From NCBI GenBank assembly GCA_002633005.1, contig NMRA01000056.1, positions 894,294 to 958,293 of the forward strand: DNA of 64,000 nt. The letters run 5' to 3'. Numbering within the stretch: the first letter of the stretch is position 1; each line of letters opens with the position of its first letter. The notes beneath the pieces were generated by a model. That model made no database searches and was not told where the DNA came from. It saw only the letters and a list, made by a program, of their open reading frames with translations. This DNA comes from Phoronis australis. Taxonomy: Eukaryota; Animalia; Phoronida. The translations under genes were made by a program, and so were the position numbers. This document shows positions 1 through 12,712 of the stretch, one piece after another.

Positions 1-287
1 TTTCGGCGTGCGGACCTTTAGTGGAAGAAATCAACGAGGACTAAAAAACAAAAAAAAACGGGGCCACCTTGTTCCGGCCCATGAATTGTGCATTCGCGCC
101 GACTTCCCGTGGGATTTTGTGGACTTTTGTCTCGTTTACTCGGACTTTTTGTTTCACTGGGGTGGACCTTTTTGCCCAATTCGTTCGAGCCCCCCGAGCC
201 CCTCTGAGTGCGTCCATGAGGAGTTACTGACATTTCCTTTTTTAATTAGGAGGTGCGCTCAGAAAGCCCAAGAATTCACGTCAGGAT

Positions 288-420
288 CCAGGGGCAGATC
301 CAGGGTTTTGCGTTAGGCGGGGCAGGGCAAACATTCGCACCCCGAGATGCCAAATGGAATCTGGGAGAAATTTAGGGGTGCCATGGCCCCTTTGCCCCCT
401 CCCCCCTAAATCCGCCACTG
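288..420. mobile_element. Short GC-rich MITE (CAGGGGCRGATCCA...TAAATCCGCCACTG family)
   Basis: Inverted termini; relatives at 2427-2581, ~41700-41757 and 63861 onward. Confidence 0.7.
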
Positions 421-1227
421 CTTACGTAAACTTTATGAAACTGGGCCAATTAATGGGCTTTTTTGCACACTTGCCGGAGTCAGAGAAATGAGTTGTAGTG
501 TCACGTGACCATCACGAGAAGGTACTTATAAAATTAGGTAGCCTCGCTTAGCAAGGCGTCAGTGAGTGCTTGAAACGTAGAATTATCGCGGAGGAAAATA
601 CCAGCGTAAAACACAAGACGACATTTAGAACTGGCTCGGAAAGAAGTAAGCGATAAAATCTCTGTACTCGGCTAAGATGTGTGTTCAAATTTCAAAGTAG
701 CTGAGTAACTTTTTAGTGTTTTCTAAGCTGCGCTGCATCCGAAAACCGGCGGGACAGCTAACAAGCGTTCTCTCAAGCAATGGCATTTCTAAAAATAACT
801 TACGGCCTTAGTTTCAGTATCACCTACAATCCTTTGTGAATTCTACGGATAACGAAGGGCAATATTTTAACGCACACAAATCGCCTCCCGAGTTCAAAAT
901 AACGCCACTCAGTGTCAGAACTGAATAAGTCAGTGTAGGCCTATCACTCCAGTAACCTTCAGGATTTATGCCGGGGTTATTTACTTGAGTATAATGCACG
1001 TGCTGAAGTTTATTAGGATTGTTTCTCGATCGCTTACCGCTGTTAACTGTACGATCGAAGCACACATAACTAGTAGAATTAGATCACGTACTTTCTTATT
1101 TCCATAATAACGGCGAATAAAAGTCATCTATAATGCATACAAACATCTCCTGTTGAGTGACAATATCTGACGAGTACAGTTTTCAAATGCACATTTTATG
1201 ATACTGTTACCGAGTGCCGAAGCGTGT

Positions 1228-1660
1228 CAGTTTGCGTTCTTTCCACGAATCGTCATGAGAAAATGCATGGAAAAATATGCCTCGACATTGTTGTTCTCAA
1301 TGCAGAGTAAAGAATCGTTATCAGATAAATACATGCAAGATTGGTTACATTTAATTCAACTGACATCACAACAGTCGCGTTTCAGATTACACTCTTTCCA
1401 AGAATCGTCATGAAAAATGCTTGAAAACTGTGCCTCGGAGTTGTTGTTTTCAATGCAGGGTAAAGAATCGTTATCCGATAAATACATATGTACACAGACG
1501 TTCTCTTGTGCTACACAAGGTTGATTGCATTCAATTCAACTGACATTACAATAGTCGCATTTCAGTTTGCGTTCTTTCCAAGGATCGTCATGAAAAAATG
1601 CTTGAAATGCTATTCCCAGAAATTGTTGTTCACAATGCTGGGTAAAGAATTGTTATCAGT
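1228..1660 (+). repeat. Degenerate tandem repeat, ~155-180-bp unit x3
   Basis: CAGTTTGCGTTCTTTCCA.GAATCGTCATGAAAAA(A)TGC...GTAAAGAAT.GTTATC recurs at ~1228, ~1383 and ~1563. Confidence 0.85.
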
Positions 1661-2426
1661 TGTCTGTGTTTTTCCTTCGTTGACCCCGTTATCCTCAGAA
1701 ATTTTAGGCAATATTTCCAATTTCTATTTACTATTAATACTGAGACCATGGATGAGTTAATCCATAACACAAACTATTTCACTGTCCAGCAGCTTCTATA
1801 ATTTTTACAATACCACAAAAAATGAGATTTCATGTTAAAATTTGACACTGATTTTGAGCGAAAACTGATGTGTCCGGCTTTTAAACTATATATCAGAGTA
1901 GGAATTGTTTAAACTACATTTTAGTAATATAACATAAGAAAGTAAACTGCAACGCGTAGTATGAACCAAATCCGTGACATAAGGTGTATTACCCATTTGT
2001 GGCTTTTTGTCTGGTCTGAAGTGCACTGCACTCTTAAGATAGGAAACTGGTTGGTTTTCTCATCGGAATGTGTGAATGAATGAGCTTATGAAAAACTAAC
2101 GTTCATTGCACTGTAGTCGTGATATGAATAAAAGAATGAAAAGAAAAAACAAGAAATTGCGGTTTTAATATGTGTGTGCCGTCTATATTCGTCTTTGTAT
2201 CAGTTTCATTCATAAAACGTACTTAGTCGGCACGCATCTGTTTGCAAATTTTATAATGAACACGCGGTTTACTCCGTGGATGGGCGGACACAGGTTATTT
2301 CTGACCGGTGTTTAGTAGCTTTCGGTGCGACGATAGCCTGAAGACTGGTTCGCCCAAGTCTACTCAAGTAAAACGTACTATGTAATGTCTATTCTATGCT
2401 GCAGCTAGTGTTGCAAAACCTTGACC

Positions 2427-2581
2427 AGGGGCGGATCCATGATTTTGAGTTTGGAGGCGGGGCAGAGTATTAGCCAGGAATTTGCCCATCAGACACTTAC
2501 ACCCCGAATTATCAAATTTAATATGGGAGAATCTTAAGGGGGGGGTCATGGCTCCTTTGGCCCCCTCTAAATCCGCCACTG
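2427..2581. mobile_element. Short GC-rich MITE, same family as 288-420
   Basis: CAGGGGCGGATCCA ... CATGGCTCCTTTGGCCCCCTCTAAATCCGCCACTG. Confidence 0.72.
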
Positions 2582-2995
2582 GGATCAGTAAAGAATGCTT
2601 CCGTGCTTCGAGTCTGTTGTGTACTAACAGGTAATTTACGTAAACCAAGACAATGCAAACGTGCATTTCCGTCATATGTTATAGGTCTAGGTTGCATTCC
2701 TACTGAAACGCCATCTATAAGTAACAATGGACACTATACACCTAATAAACACAATTCAATCAATTTTATTAAATTTAATCAATACAATGCTAATACGTAA
2801 CAGAATCCTTCCAGGATTGACTGCCGCGCTTCGTCACAAACACAGAGGTCATCATGACCTTGGTAAATTATGACCTCACCATGCAGTTTGGATGACAACG
2901 TGTAGAACTTTCTAACAAACACGATAGACCGGCCAAACACGAGCAGCAGGTCTCAATGTCTTTTAACCTATTATAATCAAACACTACACTCTTAC

Positions 2996-3131
2996 CTGGC
3001 ATACTTCAGACAGTTGATTTCGCGCAGTAGGCACATGGGTAGAAGGATTAAGAACCCCAATATGGTAACCAAGACTTTCTGGTTGCCGTACCACGTGGTA
3101 ACAAACTCTTTAGATATCACGCTGGCCACGA
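2996..3131 (-). CDS. SLC38A7-like: SLC38A7-like copy A exon, TM4; gene presumably continues left of the window
   Basis: 136 nt, AG/GT; VASVISKEFVTTWYGNQKVLVTILGFLILLPMCLLREINCLKYA. Confidence 0.9.
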
Positions 3132-3185
3132 CTGAAACGAAGAGTGTATATTTTCACCTTGGTTGTCATAATTATATCTCCTTAA

Positions 3186-4034
3186 AGGCGAAGGCAACCT
3201 TTTTCCATGTCATTTTGAGCTAAAATAAGGTTGGTTGGTTATCCTAGACATATTTTCCACTTAATCACAGCTTTTCGTAGTTTTGTTAATTACTCGTCCG
3301 CTACTCCGGAAGTGACGTTTTAGGAGGCAAGCATTTCGCGCCAATTTCTTTTCATATAGTCTGACTGTGAGAGCTGCCGAGTCAGTCATTGTTCTACCTC
3401 GGTTGTGTTAAGTTCCGTCGTCGTTTGCTTTCATTTACTAGTCAGTCAACATGCCACACTGTTGNGGATGTTGAGTAGTGGGAGTGAATACAGGCCCAGT
3501 TTAACACCCAGTGAAAAGGACAGTTCGTCATCCAGTGAACAGATCGGTGAGCCTAAGTTTGATAAGTTTATTGTGGACTTGTATTGGGGCTATTTAGAAG
3601 GTGTCACGTGTGTGACGAGGGAGTCGCACGGCGGGATGTAAGCAGTTTGGGTGCTCAAGTCACCATCCACTGGGAGTGTGTCGCGGGAAACTCGGGCAAG
3701 TGGGACAGTTCTTCCTCTGTACATGAAACGATAATGAGTATATCTCGGTAGGCAGCAACAGCGTGGCATGTTGACTGACCCGTAAACAAAAGCAAGCGAC
3801 GACCGAACTTATCACAACCGAGGTAGAACAATGACTGACTCGACTGCTCTCACAGTCAGACTGTATCAAAAGAAATTGGCGCGAAATTCTTGCCTCCCAA
3901 AACGTCGCTTCCGGAGTAGACGACGAGTAATTAATTAAATTACGAAAAGCTGTAAATAAGTGAAAAATATGTCTGGGATAATCAACGAACCCTATTTTTG
4001 CTGAAAATGACATGAAATAAGGTTGCCTTCGCCT
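3186..4034. mobile_element. MITE with TTAA TSD and ~280-bp TIRs (Kolobok/T2-like, AGG...CCT ends)
   Basis: ttaa|AGGCGAAGGCAACC ... GGTTGCCTTCGCCT|ttaa; 3186-3465 is an inverted copy of ~3756-4034. Confidence 0.88.
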
Positions 4035-4538
4035 TTAATCACGAGGCCACCAGACACTGGAAATGTCACAAACTAGTTTCCCTGTAAAGAAAGTGACACA
4101 TACAGGAGTGCTATAACCAGTTTGGCATTATTTCACTTTCGCGTATTGAAAACAGAAATCTAAAAGACAGCCTGCAGCTCAAAATGGAACATAAGCACGT
4201 TCTACAAGAGAATAACTACAAAAAAGCCATGCGGTTGCACACAGGAAAGTGTGTTTTCACTGATGAACTTGAAGCAGTCTCAAGCAGACCACGTTTGAAC
4301 GGCTCGCTCATAGGATTATTCACTGACACTGTGGCCAACAACATTGTCAGTGTCAGCTAAGGACAATTAACTATACAGAGCTCCTCTTGTCTATTCACAA
4401 AGGTGGAGGAAGAACTAAAAGGCGAAACAAAATAGCGGGTGATTCTGAACCCCGAAATGTCACTTCCGGAATAGGGCTAATTAATCAAATTATGGGAAGC
4501 CTCTTACAGACATAGAGTGGGCCTACCAACGTACTCAC

Positions 4539-4737
4539 ATTTATCCACGTGGTCTCCAGTGACGACTAAATACATTATACAAAGTCCAGCACCATCCACA
4601 ACCATGAGAACTATGCATACTCTCTGTCCAAACCTTCCCAGTATTAGGAACGCGGCCTCTTGGTACGAGCAAGCCCGGGTTAATAGGACAATATACGCCA
4701 AGATCACCAGCCCACCTGTAGCCAAGGCTAGCACTGC
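4539..4737 (-). CDS. SLC38A7-like: SLC38A7-like copy A exon, TM2-TM3
   Basis: 199 nt, AG/GT; AVLALATGGLVILAYIVLLTRACSYQEAAFLILGRFGQRVCIVLMVVDGAGLCIMYLVVTGDHVDK. Confidence 0.9.
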
Positions 4738-5971
4738 CTGCAATGGAAATGGTTTGGTTGCTGAGCTTCGAAGTTTTCTCCTTGGCAGTTTTATAAGTTT
4801 AGGTCAGACACTTTTTAAAATGATATAGCTCTAATCCTTCCAGCCGTTAAGCACAACCCACGCCATAATTCCATCTAGTGTTTGGTCAAAGACTGACGGC
4901 CGTATTGCTTAATTTGGGCACATAAATGACGAATCGCCAATATTCCAACAGTGAGTTACGGTCTCACTATGTTGAGGTCCATTTTGAGTGGTTTCAGGTG
5001 ACTGAAACAGCAAAACGTTTCTCCTGAGGAAACGGACCAGGCAAAATATCAAAAAACTGTAGGGAAATGTACGTGTCATACACTTATGATACACTGTTTG
5101 ATGGACCGCAGTCTCTAATCTCATGACCAAACTTTATTAGCAGTTGAGTCTGGTGTACATGTAGATCTCAAAACCGAGACCCTTGCTTTGATTTTTGCAA
5201 AACTAAGCTACGATCGGATTTGTATGCATATTTCAACTTGGCACACTTCCTTGTATTTCTCTTATTTTCCGTACGTTTTCACCCAATCACAAGTAGCCAG
5301 CACACCTCGGGACGGCCAAATTACCGATCAATGCGTCTCACTTATTCACTAAAAGTAGTTCCCCTAACAGCCCAGATGCCTGCAATTTTGTTTATTAGGG
5401 TTGTTACAATGCTCTGCACAAAGAATGCCTCGCTTTGTTAAACCAGAAATTCAAAAATCCCCTAATATATGACTTTACTAGGAACGATTTGCGAGATATC
5501 CAGTTTCATAGTGGTTAGTGGTCTCGCCAAAAGCGGTGGCGAAAAGCGGTTTTATAGTAGCCTTGATTAGCACACACGAGCGGATACGGTAACTTTTCCT
5601 CACATTCGAACCAAAAATAAAGGCCAGATTGTCATTTTTTTTTACTTTTCAATACTCACTGTGTTGCCAAAATACTCAAAATTTCACCATGTGTTGGTTG
5701 GTGACAGCCTCTTGTATCATGTTAAATTGTCTTCTTGCATGCCTTGTTAAAAGTTGATAAAATTGTTTATTGTTCTGGCATATTTTGTTCTAATTTGTAA
5801 CAACTTATTCAAATCAGCGATAATAGCATGCAAACTTAAGTCTACCCCTGAAAACCCTGACCGTGAGTTACCAACAGTTTCACTTAACGCGAAACTGATG
5901 ATAGCGAGGTCAGCTCATAATTCCGCCAAGTTTGCTTGCTCTTTAGTGCTGTTGGCTCAGATAATACTTAC

Positions 5972-6165
5972 GTAATGTACTGTACTGGCTGGTAATAATC
6001 CTCCGGCAGCATTGAAGGTCCATGGTAGCTGCAGTAGTCCGACACCGAAGCAACAGTTAACTGCCAAGAACGTCGCAGAATACCACGAAATACCATCTCT
6101 TTCTGGAAGATTTTCGTTGACTTTGTCGTACAGCTTATGTTCGTCAGTGTGTCGTTTTTCATCGC
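5972..6165 (-). CDS. SLC38A7-like: SLC38A7-like copy A (tandem paralog) exon, TM1
   Basis: Same 194-nt length and splice sites as copy B; DEKRHTDEHKLYDKVNENLPERDGISWYSATFLAVNCCFGVGLLQLPWTFNAAGGLLPASTVHY. Confidence 0.88.
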
Positions 6166-8347
6166 CTAAACAAGATAAAATTTGCGGACAATGGTTGATT
6201 TTACTGCTGTGTCAAAATTAGCCAGTGTTCATCGAAACCGTCGGGCACACTGTACTCCAGACATCAAAAATCAACACACATTGAGTAATGTCTCTTGGTA
6301 ATGATATTTCAGCCTTTAATGAGCAATTGAGAACGTCAATGAAGACAGTTTTTTGTACATGTACAATTGACAATCGTGGATACAATCAGTTTTCAGAGCG
6401 AGAACCCCACGGGTAGATTGGCAATACAATCTCTAAAACGTTCAACAGTGTAATGCACAACTTGATAAAACTTTACATAGAATGCATAAGCATAATATTT
6501 GGATAGTTGTTGAGTTACACAAGGAACGTGTCTAGAATACTCGGGTGATCTTGCGTGATATCGCCAGAAACTTGATCTTCCGACGTGACAGTGTATATAG
6601 ACTAGAGGTCGGTGTAAATAGACCAAGAGATTTTAATAAAAGTTGTATCATGCAGCTCTTGCTTGACAGTGCACATATACTTTTATCTCCTCTTTTTCGA
6701 ACCACTCATTAAAGCGTTTTATGGGGTTCGGTTTCTTTTCATGAATGTTTTCATCGTTGGTTTCTAATTCGTTCAACTGCTTCCCGAAACTTCCATTTCT
6801 TCATAATTTTAAACTGAAACTCCTGAGTCCTGAGCATTGAGCAACACTCAGCGATCCCTCTCAAAATGTTGCCCTTCCAAACACTGATGTGACCTTCTGA
6901 CTACATGAGTGTAAGTTGTGGTACACTACTACACGTGCACAAGGTCACCAGCACCAGAACTTTTAAAGTCACACCACCAAAACAGTGATTGTTTACATTT
7001 CAGAGAGCTCGCCTTGACAATTTCAAGAAGGTATACTGCTTGACAGTTGCATTTATGTACACGTTGAAGCCTGGAGAATACAGACTTGATCAGGGCTTGG
7101 GATTTTCGTTTTTTAAGAGGAATTCTTTTTTTTTTGGTGTCGATTTCCTCTTATTTGATTTCCAGTTTCCTCTTTTTATCATTTTTCGACTTTATTAAAT
7201 GTTTATTTCAGTTAAATCTTACAGCCAAAATGGCTATCACACAAGCCTATTTTTTGTGTATCATACATCTGCTGGAAATTTCTCCTCTGTTTTAATTTGT
7301 TATTGCTCATTCCAAGCTCTGCTTATTTTTCGTGAAGTAACTACAATGGATTTCATAACATACCAGTATATTGTGCTGGATTCTTGTTGGCTTTATCAAG
7401 TGTAAACTATCACTAATAAAATATCCACGTAAGTCATTATGCATAGGAGCATAGGATAATAGCCACCTGTCTCAAGTTCGCACAAAAGTAGAGTACAAAA
7501 TTCTAAACGTACTTTCGAGTTCCATTTCCTGTAAAAAGATCAATGACAGGGCCCAGGTATCAATTCCAGTATTTTTAGCGCTTAATAGTGTTTGAAAGTG
7601 TTGTACTGTGTTTGGAAATTTGTTTGAAAAGCACGGTTTTTTTCTGCTCAGCAGCTTATGACCTTACTGGATTTAAGGGCCCCTTCAGAGCATTTATTAG
7701 TGTGCCCTCCACTCATTTCGAATGTTCTGTGTATATCAAATGCTCTGAGATGCCAGGGTAGTATTCTGCATGTAGCTTTGTTGACCATTGTGGTCAGTGA
7801 GAATGTCCTACTCGCATGTATATGAATGCATAGTATGATATGTGCCAGGTATTCAGTGAATGACCTGGATGCTTCATGCAGCTAGGACATTCACAACTAG
7901 GGAGAATATTTTACTTTTTCTCCAGATGTGCTCCTCATTCATGTACCACATCAGTATTGCCTGTGTGGTTTTGGAAATGTGTAAGCTGCTTGTGTTGTTT
8001 CCGCATAGTTGAGCTTGAAATGCTAGTTTTGCTCCTAAAAAACTGACTGATCCTTTCAGTTTAGGATAGTTATTGTTTGCATCGCATGAAGTGAATTACA
8101 TACTGTCTTTTTTAGTATTTTTATTCAGTGACTCCTGGTGTGGTTTTGAAAATGATTGTTTTTAGGCTGAAATGCAGATTTTTTACTAAATTCTGCAATG
8201 ACCCTGTCATTTCCACATGGTTGATCTTGAAAAGCAACTTCTTGTATACATATTATTGTCATCTTGTGAGATGTGCAATTTATTGCGGTTTTCAGTGACT
8301 GGTTCCACCACTGAGGAATAGCAGTATTGTGCACCTACCGGTACTTT

Positions 8348-8770
8348 CAAGGTACCTAAACTACACGGTCAACAGACTCATAAACACGGACACGGACGCC
8401 TGAACACGACTCACGGACCTGCAAACACCGTCCACTGACTCACAAACACGGGAACGGACTCACAAAACACAATCCACGCACCCAAATACACGGGGCACGG
8501 ACTCATATTCACGAAGAAACACGGTTAACGGACCGCCAAACACGGGTCACGGACTCATCGGCTTCCTGGGTCAGCTGACATCTTCATTTTGTCCGTAAAC
8601 CGTGTTTCGCGGTCCGTTACCCGTGTTTCTTCGTGAATATGAGTCCGTGTCCCGTGTATTTGGGTGCGTGTTTCGTGAGTCCGTTCCCGTGTTTGTGAGT
8701 CAGTGGATGGTGTTTGCAGGTCCGTGAGTCGTGTTTATGAGTCCGTTGACCGTGTAGTTTAGGTACCTTG
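8348..8770. mobile_element. Foldback/palindromic element built from CACGG-ACTCA subrepeats
   Basis: CAAGGTACCTAAACTACACGGTCAAC ... GTTGACCGTGTAGTTTAGGTACCTTG; arms of ~190 bp are nearly complementary around a short loop (~8545-8590). Confidence 0.85.
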
Positions 8771-11744
8771 GCTTTGCTCAAGCTCATGTTACATATATTT
8801 TTATATTAATAACTTTTCCTCGTGAAGGTAGTGATCTCAGCAGTTATATATGGTGTTTTGTTAAGTAGTAGAACCTTGTACTGCTATTACACAAATTTTG
8901 AAGGTTCCTATGTTGTAGTTAAGACCCACTGTAAATATTTTGCTCACCATGTGAGTTATTGTTTACATTGAGGGATTCATACCCATGGATGATATCAGGG
9001 ATTGCATGTAACACTATTTGGGAGTGTATATTTGTTACATGTTCATTGTATAAAGTGTATTGTTCATATTGCAGAGTTTATAATTGTTAGTTTCAAAGAT
9101 CTCGGTAGGTTATCTCAACAGTACTTAACCGTGCAAGTTTTGCTCATCCTATGAAGTGTAATATTTATACTGAAGAGTTTATTATTGCTAGTGCCTGTGT
9201 CCCTTATTGCTTTTCCCATAGTATGAACAACTAGTCATTTTAACGTTTGAAATTCTCATGTACAATATATTTTACACTATTCGGAAATCATCATTGCAAA
9301 AGCACTAAGCTGAAGAGTGGCCTACTTGTTATTTGGAATGCACACAATGCATTGTCAGAGGTGATCGTATGCCGCTGGGTTTTTGTTTTCTTACTCTTTG
9401 TGAACACAGTGCCTGTAACTCGCATTTATTCCTAAGTTTATGCAATCATTTTGAATTACAAAACATGAAACCCGGGGAACCGGTGGGGCAGTTAAATTTG
9501 GACATCGTCAATATAAATGTGACATTTGAAGTAGTAGCCCGTTATAGGGGGCCACGACCAAAAATATGGGTACACTTCACATGTCTAACCACAAAAAACA
9601 AGTGAAAGAGTTACTTGTTCAGGCAAGCGACGCGTTGCGCGGTTTGGTTGTTTTTTTCCGTTTTAGGTGGCGAGAGGCCCTTTTTTCTTTGACGATTTCG
9701 CCGAGGTATGTTTCACAAAATCGTACTGTAAGTCATTTTTTCTGTGCCTGTTAATTTAGGTACACAGCACCTGAAAAAAATGGTTAAATCACGTCATTTT
9801 AAATCTCCATGTCGCTCCGTTATGGCCACTTCGACTTGGATGGATTTTGGCTCCTTCAAACACTCCACCATGCTCTATTTTTGAAGTTCGTTAACGAAAA
9901 CGAGTACCAAGATTTTAAGGTTCGTGCCCTCCCCCTCGAGTTTTAGTTGGCAATTTTGACATGAAGATGATGGTGATATTTTTGCGTTCCATGACGAGAA
10001 TTCCATTAAGTCAAGTTTTACCTAATTCAGCTTTTTATTCATTTTTATACCGTGTATGGTCGCTGGCAAAATATGATACCATCAAGATTTTATGTTTCCA
10101 AACTGGGTTTTTGGCCATAACAGTTATAGGAATCTGATTATGAGCGCGCAAGGGAAAACGAACATATTTGCGACGTTTCGTTTACTCAAAATTAATGAGC
10201 CTAAACGTCAGAAAATATTTGTTTTTTCTTTCTCGTTTATTATGATTTTCAATGGTTTCAGTTACTCAGTTTCGGCAAGGTCGTCGCTTTCTCGCAAAAC
10301 TACCGATTGGATGATCAACTACGCATTTATTTGCTCTCTGTTTTAACGTTGATCATCGTCAATACACCTCTCAAAATCGCGCATCGTCTTTGCGCAAACT
10401 ACATTGAGATTTAAATCTCCCGAAAAAAGTTGACGATCGGATAGTGTTTAAAAGTTTAATTCTAAATTTCTCCAGTTAGTGCACCAATGAAGTAAACGAA
10501 AGTAGTTCTGCTTGTAGCGTCAGCTGTTGGTATCATTATCTCGATTTATGACCCACAACGCGTGACTGGACAAAGCCTTTTCAAATTAGTGTAGATAAGC
10601 CGGTGGAGCGTGAGACCCGTGAGGTCCCAATCGAGTCCTCACGACAACTCCACGTTTTGCACCCCGCGCCAATCTCGACTTAGTCAAGAGCTTAGGCTAC
10701 GAAGACTTCACGGGTCGGATCGTATAGGTTTCACAGGCTATCAGTTGGAACCGGAATACACTTATCAAGAAATAGTAGTGAGGTGCCGTGAACATTCACA
10801 AGCAACGGAACGTATGTATAGTTCTTTGGTAAGCCGGAATTCGTCAGAGAAATCACTGCGACGAAATGCCGGCCACAGACACGGAGATGTTTTACGGCCT
10901 CATACTTGCTATTAACAGCCTACCTTTCATTCTTCACTACCGCGAGCCACTTCCTAAGCATTTCGGGCTCTCGAGGAAGTCGAAAAAACGATACACCCGC
11001 TTTCTTCGCAGCTTCATAGTTCGGACAAGCAGGAACGATGCACCACAATGTAGCGGCATTCACTCTACAGACGAACCACTGACGTCGCTGCGTCGTTTCT
11101 CACCTTCCTCACAGGTTAGCGCGACGCCTCTCGGCGAGGTGAGGTCGACCGTATAAGAGACGATGTGGATATAGACCGATTAAGACGGTAAAAAAGAATA
11201 ATAAAATCGGGTGACATTCTCTTTTAACGAGTGGCTGTGTTGGACGTCTTATTGATAATGCCTTTAGTTGAACCAAGGCATTGTGGGTAATGAAAACTTG
11301 ATCAGTACATTAGCACTATGGTTTGCCGACGAACTGCTGTTTTTATAAATTTCATGTTTATAGGTTCGATTGAAAGGGTTCAAGCCATTTTGACCAAAGC
11401 CTTTAAAAAGATATCAATCCCCTTTAAAAACCTACTAATGATAAAACGTCTAAACGTTCAAATGCAGTGTTTGGACCTCAATTTTCACAATTTGTCCTAT
11501 CACTAACACTTTGTTGTTTTGGCCACAGAAATGCTTTTGATCAGCGCTGAAGTCGTATTAGAATCTGAATGCAATGCGTAGTATTCTCACGCCTACACCA
11601 AATATGAGTGTAATTGAGGATACAATTTCAAACCTCTAGATGCACCGAGTTAAAATGATGTAAGACACCAAGGACTGAACAGAAACAAAAGAATAGTCGT
11701 CAGAAAATCTCGAGTAACTCGAAAACGGCAAGTCGCTCCATGAA

Positions 11745-12712
11745 AAGAATGGTTAAACTTAGGCATCTATTGGCGAGATCTATTCACATACTAGTGAGTT
11801 TCAGAAATATCCGACCAAGCACCTAAGAGCTAATAAATAAAAGGTGGCCACGAGAGTGCGGATTTTGTTCGATTTCAGGAAAAATGATAAGCCCCAAATT
11901 GTAGAAGAGACACGAGTTATGTGAACATTTCAAGTCAATCGAACAAGAAATGTGCGCAGAACCAAACAAAAAACTAAAAAAATAATCCTGACACAATAAC
12001 ACATTTGCGAAAATTTGCGCCAAGAAAAAGCTCCACCATAAGGCAACACAATTCAATTTATGTCGTCAAGTGAAAAATAAACACAAACTTCTTAACACAC
12101 CAACATGCTTGGCCGGCAAAATTTCATTGCAGCAGTTCATTTAAAGGAACACAAATGTCTCGATAGAGCAACATGCCAGCCAAAATTTCGTTTCCCTCAA
12201 GTAAAACCTTCTGGGCAGAGTAAAACAAAATTCCTCCATCAAGTAAATATTTTAAGGCGGGGGAACATACCCGCCAAGTAATGAATGTGTACGTACCCGC
12301 GTTGTATAACGTTGTTCTTTCATCGTAGTCTTGGTCGTCTTGGCTCGCCATATTAGCAACGAATAAAGAACTGTCGTTCTTAACGATCCCAGAAATCACG
12401 TTTCACCTGAGTAGAAACAAATGGAGACCAATTCTAACGCGGAGAGGGATTTAAACCGAAGGTTCGTTTCGTGAATGAACGCGAGGTTATAACCATATTT
12501 AGATATATCCCGTCACCATTCTATCTTCACACTACTCGAATGATGCGTTCTTATCATTTGGCATAAGAGTCGTTGGGTTCTTTTTTACTCCTTTGAAAAA
12601 GTCTCTAATGTCATTCTCCGCTAGCCTACGTCTTGGTGAATTTGTGAGTGTCTCGACTCGAGCATGGAATTTTCGAGGAGACTCTGGGTGATTATTTGAA
12701 ACTCAGCGGACA
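11745..12712 (+). repeat. ~950-bp dispersed repeat; second copy at ~47060-47965
   Basis: Collinear shared blocks: ATCTATTCACATACTAGT, GTTATGTGAACATTTCAAG, AGAAATGTGC.CAGAACCAAA, CATATTAGCAAC, TTATTTGAAACTCAGCGGACA. Confidence 0.8.

Noticed and set aside
1228-1660. Regularly recurring repeats as a possible CRISPR-like array
   Set aside because: Whole units are degenerate copies with no unique spacers, the context is eukaryotic, and no cas genes are present.
3465-3465. Single ambiguous base n (another at 63882)
   Set aside because: Assembly ambiguity within repeats, not biological.
7640-8340. Faintly coding-like minus-strand sequence (e.g. CECPSCMKH)
   Set aside because: Multiple stops in all frames and no family could be assigned by eye.
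10610-11156. Overlapping 101-aa and 96-aa plus-strand ORFs in a GC-richer patch
   Set aside because: No recognisable motifs or splice pattern; probably a TE-derived non-coding segment.
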